Shown here: in pieces, positions 14,091-26,400 of the stretch
Position numbering within the stretch: position 1 is the stretch's first letter
Layout of the letters: each line of letters opens with the position of its first letter
DNA from: Lepidodermella squamata
Lineage: Eukaryota > Animalia > Gastrotricha
Length of the DNA stretch: 64,000 nucleotides
Assembly (NCBI GenBank): GCA_047495785.1
Contig: JBLDXI010000003.1
Span: 4,030,001-4,094,000, forward strand
Direction: 5' to 3'
Program-made: the position numbers and the translations under genes
Notes under the pieces: generated by a model
What the model was told of the DNA's origin: nothing
Seen by the model: the letters and a program-made list of their open reading frames with translations, nothing else
The model's database searches: none

Positions 14091-15069
14091 CTTGCTGGCA
14101 AAATTTCTGGTAAAACGCAGAGGTAGATCAAATAGTGGGAATTTCATGCAACTATTTAATGAGGAATCCAATTACGGTTAGAAGATTCAAGTTAGGGGAA
14201 AAGACAGATGATAGAACGCAATATGGAACGTGGTAGGTTCCCATGCAAAACTAATCGCAGAAAGAATGGAGCAGAAAATGCATCCAATAGAGAACTCCAC
14301 ACCGGTGCCACACCCTTTCGAGTCAACTGATGATCGAGAATAGTGAAAAGGAAGATTCAATCGCCGAAGTCCAAGGTTCATTTTTCGTTGAAAATGGAAA
14401 ACTCGCTGCCATTGAAAATACTTGTCGTTTATTTAGTCGGAATTATTTTTCGGAATGTTAATAAAAAATAGCATAAAATGTAGATTTCAACAAAGCCCAT
14501 TATTTTCTGAAAAATAAAATAAAAAAGGCGGCTTTTTTGAAAACGAAATGCAAAAGATGCGCGAAGTAGGAACAGTCGGTCGGTATTCCGGGCGATTGGA
14601 ACGTCTTCTGCATTTACTGTCAATGGTGTTATGCTTACCTCTTAGCGTTTCATCTATCCTATCTATGCACCAGCATTATTAGCCGTTTTATACTCAGTGA
14701 CAATCCTAACACAGTTAAGGACAATCTAATTTTCTTCAAAAGAATAGTCAGGCGCCATCAGTACCAAAAAGCCATTGCAGTTCTCAGATGGACAATTGAC
14801 TTCGGCATATGCCCGATGGGTGATTGTGAAGTACTTTCAACTGACATGTTTGTAAAGATAAGAGCCATCTAGTCTATTATGACCCACTATGACCAATGGT
14901 GAATTAAGTTCGCTAGAGGGACCCAAGAGCCGTTTCAACAAGTGTCAGTTCGATGTCATCCCGCAGTGCCAACATTAAGCGAAATAAATATGGCAATAAG
15001 TCTGCTAGGGTTAACGCCGATAAACAAGTATGGAGCGATTTCAATTTCTTTATCTCGTTACCGCTATTG

Positions 15070-16190
15070 GTTACCCGAGTGCTTCCGAAAAATCGTACGT
15101 GGTACAGTACGCAGACGACACAACAATATATTTTTCCGCAAAAAATGACTCCGAAGTCCAGGCCACACTGCAGAAGGACATAGACGAAGTTGTAAAATGG
15201 TTGGGCAGCAACTCACTGAAAGTAAACGGGAAAAAATCCCAATTGATGATTATCTCTTACAGTTCATCAGAACCAAAAATTGAAATCAAAATCGATGGGA
15301 AGAAAATCGATCAGACAAACTCGATGACATTGCTGGGCGTCATTTTAGATAACAAACTAATTTTCAATGACCATGTCGAAAAGGCATGTGCTAAGGCGAG
15401 AAAAGGGCTTTTCGCACTGAAATTAGCAGCGCAAAATGGCTTAAACCGAAATTGTCTCAAAGCCATGGCAAATGGGCTCATCTTTTCGCATCTGCATTAC
15501 TGCGACACAGTTGTCGGTGAGGCATGTGATACATCTTTGCAAAGAATGCAAAGCCTTCAAGATAGGGCTGTCCGTATAATCATGAACGCCCCAGATCATG
15601 CCGACGCTAAGGCCTTACGAAAAGAATTGGGATGGCTAGACCTAAAGGGCAAACGAGGCGTTCATTTAGCCACCTTAATGTATCGCTGTTTGGTCGACCA
15701 AGCCCCCAAGTCCGTACAATCTATTTTTTCAGCAAATCAGGCCATTCGGCAAACACGTGGTGCCCGACTGACATTCAAAATTCCCAACATGCGGCTGAAA
15801 ACGGGTCAGATTAGCCTCGCTTATCGGGGTCCTACTTTTTTTAACAAACTTCCTTTATACATACATTGTCCTTACCATCGTCCTATTGATATTCTTGCTT
15901 ATACTGAATTACCTCCGGCTTGTACTTGTGGATTTAATGCTTGCCACAGCGCGAACGCGTGCCGTCAAATTGTTTATAAACACCTGATTTCAATAACGGA
16001 TGAACGTGTATATAGCAAGCTGCTGTCGATCTCAAATAATTGTTAATTTTTGTACATCTGCTTGACTCTTGGATTCTGAACAGGACCGAATAGCCATGAC
16101 TTGTTGCTACCTTTTTTCTCATTGACAATTTTTTATAACCGAGCTCTCAACTGTGGGATAAATGCTCTTAAATAAATAAATAAATAAATA
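15070..16190 (+). mobile_element. 5'-truncated non-LTR retrotransposon (CR1/L2-group LINE), C-terminal half of RT plus 3' UTR and (TAAA)n tail
   Basis: Open frame from VVQYADDTT through LKVNGKKSQLM, LLGVILDNKLIF..HV, SHLHYC, LQDRAVRII and ELGWL to the stop at 16046. Tail taaataaataaataaataaata lies at ~16169-16190. RT motifs upstream of YADD (GVPQGS) are absent, and no TSD was found. Confidence 0.88.
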
Positions 16191-17212
16191 CGTCAGATTG
16201 CGTCAGATTGCGATTTGACCAACATGAATAGAACGCTTTTTAATGAATAATATCGCCTCGAAACACATCACATTGCCGCTGAAAGAAGTTGATTCTGCGC
16301 TGGAGACGCATGATCACAGATCGTAGATGGACCTCCTACTAGCCTGTGTTGTAAACTGAAATAGACACGAGTTAAAGATAATGGGTGACTATGACTGATT
16401 TATGCTTGCCAAAAGTGGTGGCTGATTTTCATGATTGTTTCCGTGTATACCATGTGACGTATATATCTACGTGACGTGATTGCGGCTTTCCAACATGCGC
16501 TTCCGCAAGATACTTGATTATTGTTTTATTTAACACAAAAATGGCACTTTTAAAGTTCTCGTTGTGGAACCACTAATAATTGGTCGTTGTCCACCTGTCT
16601 GAGCTTTAACTGTCGCGAGGTTGAATATATCCTGTCTTGCATTGCTTGGCTTAAAATACTTCAATCTTACGACTGGAAGAAGAATATTTCGAGGTCAAGA
16701 AAAAATATTAATCCTGAAAACGTGGGTGGCGAAAAGTAAAAGTAAAAACGTTTCATTGCATTCGACTCAGATGCACTGGCGTTGGTCTGTTACCAGTCGC
16801 TTCGGCCCAGGTAATTCAGATGCTAGTCAAATTACTACAGAAATAAGCACGTTATACTACACCAGACGCCAGAGTTGATACTGAGTTTTGTCAATGATAA
16901 TTATACATACTGAGTTTGACGGGGTAAAACAGCTACCGTTAGTTCGTTATGTGCCCGAAATTTAACAGGGCTTGGTGCAGCAATAACGTATTTTTACTTT
17001 TTTATTTACCAACGACGTGGCCACAACCATCGATTCCTGACTTCAAATTACCCTAATCGGGCTCATGGAATCTCGCGACGACTACTGAGACACCCTTCCG
17101 AGAAAGCCCTTGAAAAGCTCGACAAAGCACAGCGTGAGCGACATCGTGCCGGAATTAGGGCACTCATTGTGAAGCCGGACGATCTTTTTCTCTGAAGATC
17201 CCGGACCACAGT

Positions 17213-17582
17213 GGGAGCAAGTGGTCGAGCGGTCCAAGCACCTCACTGGCGGCGAAGAGGCACGGATTCAATCCCCAGAACCGCAACACCAATCATTCTT
17301 CTACGCATTGAATGTGGCGTTTCTGGGACCGTTAATCAAGCTGACAGGAAGACGTGTCGCCGACTACGGAGCCAAGGGCACAATCCTCGAGTGCGTACCT
17401 GCTGGTAACACCGCCAAGCAAATCCACCCGGTTTCCTCCCGCGCGGTGTAGGACGCCATTCACCGGCAATCAAGATATGGCTACTCAGCACACAAAGCCT
17501 GGGGACCATGGTTCGACCATCAACCATGGGAATAGTTGACTCATAAGCCTTGTGATGATGTCTCATACTCATACTCATACTC
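17213..17582 (+). mobile_element. tRNA-derived SINE, apparently full length
   Basis: Pol III A-box-like tggtcgagcgg (17222-17232) in a tRNA-Leu/Ser-like context (gtggtcgagcggtccaag). B-box-like ggattcaatccc (17264-17275). A ~290-nt body, a (catact)3 tail and a second copy of the body immediately downstream. Confidence 0.7.
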
Positions 17583-17620
17583 TTTATTCATGCAAGTTGC
17601 CTTTCGACATTTAGCATTTG

Positions 17621-17888
17621 GTATCAGACATCATCACAAGGCTTAATAGTCAACTATTCACATGATTGCTGGTCGAATCATGGTCCCCATGCTTTCTTGC
17701 GTGCTGAGTAGCCATATCTTGATTGCCGGTGAATGGCGTCTTACACCGGAAGGGAGGAAACCGGGTGGATTTGCTTGGCGGTGTCGGATGGATTTACTTG
17801 TCGGTGTTACAAGCAGGTACGCACTCGAAGATTGTGACCCATGGCTGCGACACGTCTTCCTGTCAGCGTGATTTACCGTCCCAGAAAC
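17621..17888 (-). mobile_element. Second, 5'-truncated copy of the same SINE in inverted orientation
   Basis: The reverse complement aligns to ~17318-17568 (e.g. caccggcaatcaagatatggctactcagcac is shared). It carries a ~21-bp internal duplication and small indels. Confidence 0.75.
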
Positions 17889-18675
17889 TCGGGGTCTCAA
17901 AACTATTACGTCGGTTATTGGTAGGCTCAATTGATGCCTGAAAACCACCGACATTGCGCCCTCTTGTGGGGTCACCATTAAAACCTAACATATCCTCAAA
18001 AGCTGAAACAGAGAAGAGAGAAGTCAGCTGGTCGTTCCAAGCTGGAAACTGAAAGCTGCCCAAATAACTGCGGCAAAATTATAATTTTTTAAATTTGTAA
18101 TACAAATCTGCCTGAATTAGTATAATATTTTAGTTACAAATCAAATGCTTTTAGTAAAATTTTGAAATTGTTGCTTTGAGCGCTTTTCTGAAAATCGCAG
18201 TTCTGCGCGCGGTATGTAGAGTTTTGGCTCGATGTTCCAACCGTGGTTCGGTTTTTACGGAAGGCAAGAGTACTTGCACTTTGCGCATTGTGCATTTGTA
18301 CGATGCATTTTATATTCCGCAGTTATTTGCTTTGCTATTAGTTTTCTAATAGCTTCTTTTCATGCGGTTTCTTGTTTCGCGTTACCGACTTGCAACTTGA
18401 TGCTTCACGTTTGACGTACGTAGTAGACCGCAGACCTCCTTGACTCGTAAGTGTTTTTGTTGCGCCTAATGTGGTTATAGGTTTTTCATTTTTTTGGCGA
18501 AAATTAAATATATCTTGGTATTGGTTGAATACAATAGACGAATTTAATTACGCTTGTGACTTATTTCGGGTTTACCGACCTTGATATGCCGCATCATTTG
18601 TGATCGGTGAAGAATGTAAGTTGACCGATTTGACGTTAGTTCCAACGCCTAGTGTATACATTTTTTCACAGGAGT

Positions 18676-20685
18676 ATGATAAGAGATGGTTGCTTTGGTG
18701 CAACGCCTCCGCCAATTCACTGGGCATCTGATCCTAGTGGCCTACCTGCAGAGGCACTTGGAAATTTGGACAATGAGATGATTAGTGCCTGCACTGGACC
18801 GGACACTGGTCTCAGAATGATTGAGCAGAAGGAAGCTCCAAACGGATTTGTTGAGTGGACAACTCGACCTAATCCATCAGATAAAGCTTTTGGAAATAGC
18901 ATTTCCCTTTACGAAGTATGCTTCCGATATCTTGAACGGTGAACGAGTTTTTATTAAACGAAATCTCTTTTTAGCAACACCCGCTCACTCGCCGCAGATC
19001 GGGTGACCCGATAGCCGACGCCTTTGCAGTTGTTTCTCGGCGAAATTCTTGCGTCATGGTAGTTGCCGATGGAGTCAATTGGGGCGAAAAGTCGATGCTT
19101 GCAGCTCGATGTGCTGTCTTTGGCAGCATTCGGTTCTTGGAAAAGATGATGTACACTAATAATGATTCTAATAATCACATCCCGCTGAAAACTTCCCGTC
19201 ATCTCGCGGTCCTACTTCGCGATGCTGTCACAGAGGCTCACAAGACTATTATTGAACACGGCGGAGGACTTACAAGTAAAATCTTTGTACTCGATGCGAC
19301 CAATTTTTCAATTCCTTATTGATTTAGCAATTTGTGCCTGTGCTGTCGTTCCTTTGTTTGCTCCGAAGCGATACGCCGTAGTCACCTGCAATGTCGGCGA
19401 CTCTCTGGGGTTTCTTTACAGTCGGAGATGGGGTGTTCGTGAAATAACTGCTGGATCAAGAAATCTTCAGGTAGTAATTACTATATTGTTTGTGTCTATG
19501 ATTAATTTGAAATAACTCTTAGGTGGAACGCAATATTCGTGATGCTCTTGGAGCTATCGGGCCTGTGAATGGAACGGATCCTGAACTTGGCAACCTCACT
19601 TGTTCCTACTGTCGATGCGATGAAGGGGACATTGTATTCCTGTTAGTTTACATTGTTTTAGTTATTCCTATATATTAAGCGTAGTATTATTTGTTTACCT
19701 TGTTGTCAATCTTGCTTATTATTGATTACACGAGCGATATGGCGATGTGTTTGCTAGCCTCAAGTGCTATATTGTGTATGGACTCATGTTTAAGAGCAAC
19801 TTTTTACTGAATTTCAGAACCAGCGACGGCGTATCAGACAATTTCGACCCGGTTGTTTGTCGGTTGGCTCGACCGCAAAATCATTCCTTCAAAGAAATAA
19901 TAGCGGAAGCTGCGGCAGCCGCAGCCGCAGAAGCAGCTCAGCAGAATAAAGCTAATGGAGCTAATGGTAACGGTAATGGTCATGTGAATGGCGATTCGAG
20001 GTCGGATGAAAATGCGCCAACCATTTTACCTCCCATACAAAACGGCAATGGACATCACGTAAAAAATATCCATTAATACTGTTTATTCAGCGTTTTGACG
20101 TCAATATTTAATTAATGGATTAGGGGTCGACTGACAATGTCTCTATATCGCCACCAAAGCCGCAATCTCTCCCTGACCTCGAACCTCTCGAAAGACACAT
20201 ATACTCATGTAAAGAAATGGAGCGAGTCATTTTGGAAGCTGAATTAGCTGTCGGGGCTCTGCCATCGGCGAAAGACGTTGTTAATGCGCTTCTGGATCAC
20301 GTTACTAATGTACTTGACGAAGATTTATCGCGTGATCTAGTCTAATTATGTGTCATTATTATCTTTGCAGAAAACTCAGTCAAAGCGGGCCATTTTGGAA
20401 GATCCTTTCTTGTATGAGCGTCTGAAACCGAGTGAAAGAAAACGCCGCGAGTCGGAAACGTCAGCCGCGTTGCACAAAGCCCCGGGGAAACTTGACCACG
20501 CGACAGTCGTGGCGTATGAAGTTGGTAAAACATCGGTGGCGCTCGAGACTTCGTCGACGAGCGGCGATGAGCGACCGACTTGTTCTGCGATGATGATCAG
20601 CATTGAAGAGTTGTTGAATGACAAAGACGAACGTCTCGCACCACTTGCTACAATAGCCGAAATAGAATTTGAAACTGTTTTGTGA
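18676..20685 (+). CDS. PP2C-like domain-containing protein (Drosophila CG9801-type), ~7 coding exons
   Basis: Spliced motifs SISLYE, GDPIADAF, VADGVNWGE..LAA, CNVGDSLGF, RDALGAIGPVNG.DPELGNLTCS, GDIVFLTSDGVSDNFDP and GKLDHATVVAY. The 5' end is uncertain; upstream exon-like blocks lie at ~18420-18617. Confidence 0.8.
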
Positions 20686-23093
20686 AATTGAGACTTTCAA
20701 ACTATTACTAACGATGATAAAAACTGCTCTTATTAATACCTATCAATTAAATTAAGATATCTTCCATCTTAGTTTTCTTCAAGGACTTGTCTTGCCTTGA
20801 CATTGTTCAAAATTTCAATAAATCCGCCTCATCCAACGAAATTGACCACGAATAGCCAAACCTTAACACATCTTCCTCAATGTTTTTTTTCTTGACGACG
20901 CTCACTTTATGTGAATTCGACTTTACGTGTCACTTATCACTATTATCTCATTCAAATCAAAACTTGCTGTCTGATCGCACTCATAAAACGCACCTTGGTG
21001 CTTGCCATTCATCATCAAGCCCCTACTCCTCATTTCTCTGATTACTGCAATGAGTTTTTATTTGCTGCGACTAATATAATGCGCCGTTCGATTGTTGTTA
21101 TAAATGTCACTTCCGCCCTTCACTTCGGACTTCATTTTATCGCTGCTCTGAAAGAAAGTTATATGCCGCTCACGATTTGTTCGCGTTAGCTAGCCGGCTC
21201 CCTAACGCAATGATGAAAAAAACGAGGGATTTATCGATTTTGAGTTTCGTCGCGCGCCCTCGTATGTGCCGTTTTCAGCCTAATACTACCACCACAATGC
21301 TAGTCAGAATTGGGTCGAGGGGCAGAATCCGAGTTGATGCACAATTCACTTATCGTTCAGCTCCGTGCTTCTCTCTCGTTGCTCTTTTCAAAAACCATCC
21401 TGCAGCTGCCGATATCATCTGTGTTTCATTGTTGTTGCAATAATAATAATAATAACGCGAATGTAATAGTAATACGGAATCTGTGTCTGTTGTTGTGTAT
21501 GCTATACAACAATTCACGCCTAGTTATGAGCGCGCGCGCATTTTTCGCAATCTTGATGCGCGCCATTTTTTCTTCTTGCTTGCGCCTAAATCGAGCGGGG
21601 AGATATGGGCGCATCTGTGCATTCCGCGTTGTTCGATAATATCATAATTCTCGCTAAAATATCGCCGATGAAGATTATTACGAGGAAGTGCTGTTGATAA
21701 AAATAATCGACTGTCGGCAGATGTCTAAAACCCTCTTCGCTCTCGATTATCAAGCGTGTTTCAGGGCGGCGAGACAGGCCTCGATCTACCTTCTTCACCT
21801 GCTGCTGTTTCTGTTTCTGCATTCAATGCGGCAGTGATAGATTGTTTTTGTTTTTGTTTTTCTTGTTTTGACGCTTCACGGATGAATGTTATACAGCGGC
21901 GGTTGATAACAAGAGTTTGTTGCATTTCCAGTGCAAAGTCTAAGCAAATGACTGATCAATAATTGTTTCTATCAAAACGCCTTATCCATCGCTGCACAAT
22001 CGTTGTTGACGTTTCGGCTGAAGTCCACATGTCTTTGCACGTTCACTACTAGTACTAATACCACTTTTCTTATTATGCAGCGCGAAACTATCGAACGCAA
22101 AAAATGAGTGCCGAGCGTGCTGTTGTGTGCCACGTCTGCCCTGGTCGTTGTCACAGAGAGAAAAATTATGCATATAATACGAAAAAAACAATAATTTCAC
22201 ACCTTGAGAACTCGTCAGCGCGATATTTATTTTACCACATGACCCGAAGGATGTAAAAAAGAAATGAAAAAACGTTGTTATTGAGCGAGAAAATGCTGAA
22301 GAATCGTCTATTTGGAAAATGATATATTATCAAATTATCAAATGAATAACTACATAATCAGAATTTTTTACTTATATATAAAATATATTTAACAATTTGT
22401 GATCTTCGCCAGAAATTTTGTATAAAACGAATCTATTGAGAGGGAGAGAAAACATAGTTGTTTGAGATGATATAATATCAATAATACTTATCTATTATTC
22501 AAAAAGAAATTATGATGAAAGGTTTATGTATATATAATTACGATTTTATGAAGAGTGTTTATTGCCCAGAGCTCATTATCATAATAGCACAAAAATAATG
22601 AACTGTAATTTCTATGAAAAGTTATTATATTCTGTTTACGAATTCACCAGAACTATTCAAGGGTGTTAATTTTACGGCATCCTCTAGCGCGGCTCTCCAT
22701 TATTTCTCTGTTTTTACGTGTGACGTGTCTCTCTCTCTCTCTCTTCATCTCGCTTTTCTGTCTCATTTTTACGTCAATTTTGTCATTTTCAATGACATTA
22801 TTATGGACCCTCGTTAGTCCATGAATGAAAACCATCAAGCGCAGTGAAGTCGTTGACGAGAATTAATAGTTCATAATTATGTGAATATAATGAAAAAAAA
22901 TTATCTCCTGAATATTTCTTTACGACGAGGATGATGTGTGGAAAAAACGGATTATTCGATCGCGTTGTTGTTGATGATAATGAAGAGAATTAACTAATAC
23001 AGAAGAAGCAATTGTTAATGACAAATAATAAAACAAAAATTCAATCTGTAACTGATTTTTTTGTGTATTTTCTTAGAAAACCAGCATTTAAAA

Positions 23094-23354
23094 ATGGGTG
23101 ACAGATATCACATTTTGTCGCAAATGGAGCATTTGCAGTCCAAGTACGTCGGTACCGGGCATGCAGATACAGCAAAATGGGACTGGATGGTGCAGCAACA
23201 TCGCGACACTTTGGCTTCATACGTTATGCACAACGATTTGTTGAGCTATTTGTCGATTGCCGAGAACGAAACGAAGGCGAGAATGCGGTTCAACTTGCTG
23301 TATCGCATGGTCTCGCCCTGCGGACCGCCGCCTGAAAAATCGCCGTTTGAGTAA
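23094..23354 (+). CDS. SF3B5: Splicing factor 3B subunit 5 (SF3b10), 86 aa, intronless
   Basis: MGDRYHILSQMEHLQSKYVGTGHADT.KWDW..QHRD...AENE.KAR.RFNL...M..PCGPPP is the canonical SF3B5 sequence. Confidence 0.97.
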   Translation: MGDRYHILSQMEHLQSKYVGTGHADTAKWDWMVQQHRDTLASYVMHNDLLSYLSIAENETKARMRFNLLYRMVSPCGPPPEKSPFE

Positions 23355-23479
23355 TATCCAGCTACTTATGTGTCTTTGTCTATTCGTTATCGATTCCTTT
23401 TTCAATAAATAACAATGCGCTCAACTGATTTTATTCGTGTCTGGTTCTCGTTATTATTAGGATTAATCGAATTATTGAG

Positions 23480-26400
23480 ATGAGTGCGAGCAGGACGTCG
23501 CAGCGCCTGCCGCCGGCGCCGGGCAAGGGCATCGGCCGGCTGTTTGCAAAGCCTGATTTCGACCCTAATGCCTTTTGCATCAATGTGCTGAAGAACGGGC
23601 GAGAAGAGGTGGACGACGTGGCTCGCGCCGCCGAGAGTGAGATGCTAGCGGCTGAGATGCAACTCCACGAGGCTGTTTACGCGAGTGAGGGCCTGTCTGT
23701 CACCGCGAGCCGGCAACTCCGCTCTGCCCAGGCCGATGTTTGCCTGCTCTCGAGCCGGCTTAGCGAGCAGCGTGCTGAAATCGGAAAATTGATCGCCGCA
23801 CCACTGTTTTCATCAGAGGCCTCCAACCAAAATGCGCCGAGGCGAGATTCAGACTCAGACCAGGCTAATACCAGTGGAGGGGGTGGTGGTTTGCTGGCCG
23901 AAAAAGTGGAGGGCTGCGGCTTTTTGGGTGATGCGCCTGGTCGGGGGCTGGTTTTTGACGGCCAACTCACAGAACTCGACCCAAACCCGCCAAATCAACC
24001 CATCAGGCGAATTCATATGTATCTACTGACTGACTGCATAGTGACTGCTGTGGTGCCTCAACACCACCCTAGGACGGTTGTGAGAAACAGATTTGACCGG
24101 TTATTTCCATTGGACCAGGTCGCGGTAACCCCTGCGCCTTTGCCGGCGCCTTCAACCAGGTTGAGGCTTTTATCATTCCCTGAATCCCGGCTTTTCGATA
24201 CTGATAATGCCGGCGTTCGAACGGCCTGGTTACATCAAATTGATATAGCGAAACGGAGCCGTTCTAGAAACCGGCCTCAGCAAGATAGCGCTAGTAAATC
24301 ATCCCCGAAACATCAGGACGGGACGGTGTCTCATGAAACATCAAGTCGTCCACCTGAATGGTTACAAGAGGCGCTGGATGAGTTGGATGTGTATGTTGCT
24401 GAACGTGCGTTAGAGTCGGCGGTTGACTCGTTGCTAGCGATTCGTAAGGAATGGAAACCAAATGAGGTGTCCATTCTGGCTAATCAGAACCAGGACGGGC
24501 TGTTTTCCGACTCGCAGGCCACCGCGACGACAAACCGCCTACGCCAGCGCCAGAACGAGTTGGTGTTTTTGCTGTTTCGTGAGCTCGATACGTCGGTGAC
24601 GCGCGGCGCGTTTGTTGACGCTCGCCAGGCTGTTACCTTGCTGTCGCGAATTGATAAGGCAACAGAGGCAACACACCGCCTTCTGGGCCACGGGACGACT
24701 ATTTTGCGTAATAGAGTCCAGCAACAAGCGAGTCTCGGCAGCAGCTCGTCCACTGGCTCACTGAGTCGACAATTGGCCGAAAACATGGCCAACACCGGTT
24801 AGTATTCTCTCGTTCAGAAATGAAAATAATTTAAGAAATATCGAGGGGAATTTTTATAAAAAAAACGATGTTTTTCGAATTTTGAAACGAAGATTATTCT
24901 AATTTATATGCAAATTTTGAGAATTTTTATACTGATTTTTAACGATTTAAAAGGTTTTTGGCTAATATTTGAAAATTGGCAGTTTATTGTGGGTATTCAA
25001 CGGGCTTGAAATTCTGGTCGAATTTTGAAGATAATTGAGAACAGACCAGCTTTCTTTTAATTCGAGGAAACTTGCCCGATTATACTCATGGACTACAGAT
25101 AGATACCCTGCTGAAACTCATCGTCTGAATTTTATGCAGAAAAATTCCATTTTTTTCCGGTTTACCTTGAAAAGTTAATCACGGTTAAAGCCCAAAGTGT
25201 CGAAGTCCTAATTTACTCCCCTTTGCGAACATCTGATGCAATTATCCCGAAATTTCCTTGAATTATTATGGAATTGAAATCCAATGGCTCTATATGAATT
25301 AATTATTTCATGGGTTTATTTATTACTTTTTTTCTGTTTTTTCCTCTGTCAGGTTTCTCTACCATCGCTGAGTTTGTAGAGGTGATACGAGGTGCGATGG
25401 CGTCATGTGGATTTGGCGTGCAGATCGCGACCGAAACTACTGCGTCGTCCGCAGAGTCAGGCGAAGGTGCGGCTAAAGCCGGCGTGCTCGCCTCCTGCAC
25501 TGCCGCGCTCACAGCTTGGGTCGGGCAGCAGACCAATTGGCTGACGGCGCAGGTCTACAGCCAGAGCGAGCAGCAACAGGGTCCTAATTTGCAGCTACTG
25601 GCCGACTGCGCCGGTATTACACACACTCACTCAGTGTTTATTATAATTGAATTTATTATGTGCCCTTTGTCGCGTTAAATAGACATTTTACGGCGTGCTA
25701 TCAACAGCCAGGCCGTTTTCGCCGGAGTGGGCCTCGACTTGTGGCCGCTGGTCGAGTTGTTTCTGGCGCCGTACACTACCGAGGCTGTAAAACAAGCGCA
25801 GGCTGTACTTGCCGAAAGCATCAAAAAACACTTGGTCCTCTCTGGTCATTCGTCATCATCATTGTCGCCGGCCGGCGGAAAGCAACCTGCAGCGCTTGCG
25901 GCCTCGCTGCCGGCGGCTCTTGTCGCCAAAATCGGCCAAGAGGCGCTCGAGAAACATTTCCAGGCATGGTACGCCGTTTTACTTGTTTTTGTTTCGCATA
26001 ACGAATTCAGTTGTTCCCACACTAATGCTTCAGACACAAAAGCTGCTGGCATAATTTATTTATTTTTTCAAGCTGTCTAGCTGCGATAAATCTCGCGTAA
26101 GATAATCCACACTAATCGAGAAAAAATAAGCATCGAGGGTATTTTACGGTGATTAGTAAGGTGCAAGATCTGTGAATTTCAAGCGTCTGTGGTTTACGCT
26201 TGACTGGCACGAAGTAATTAGTTGGAGAAATGCTTACAGAAAAAACGACCTGAAAGGTTATTGAAGAAAATATGTATAGTCGGAGGCTAAAAACGACTAT
26301 TACAGAGGAGATCAAATACGAATTCAAAGCGCGTTTGAACACGTTCACTGCCGAAACATCTGAGCAGAAAGAAGCTCGTGTTATTGACCAAGATCTTAGT

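Noticed and set aside
14091-14175. N-terminal mitochondrial presequence for glyoxalase II from ATG 14147
   Set aside because: The segment 14107-14175 looks like a 69-nt GT-AG 5'-UTR intron; this cannot be resolved without transcripts.
16191-16212. cgtcagattg tandem duplication as the LINE target-site duplication
   Set aside because: Both copies lie 3' of the tail and no matching copy was found at the 5' junction.
17213-17290. Functional tRNA gene
   Set aside because: A/B-box-like motifs are present, but there is no convincing acceptor stem or cloverleaf; it continues into a repeated body with a simple-repeat tail, so it is a SINE head.
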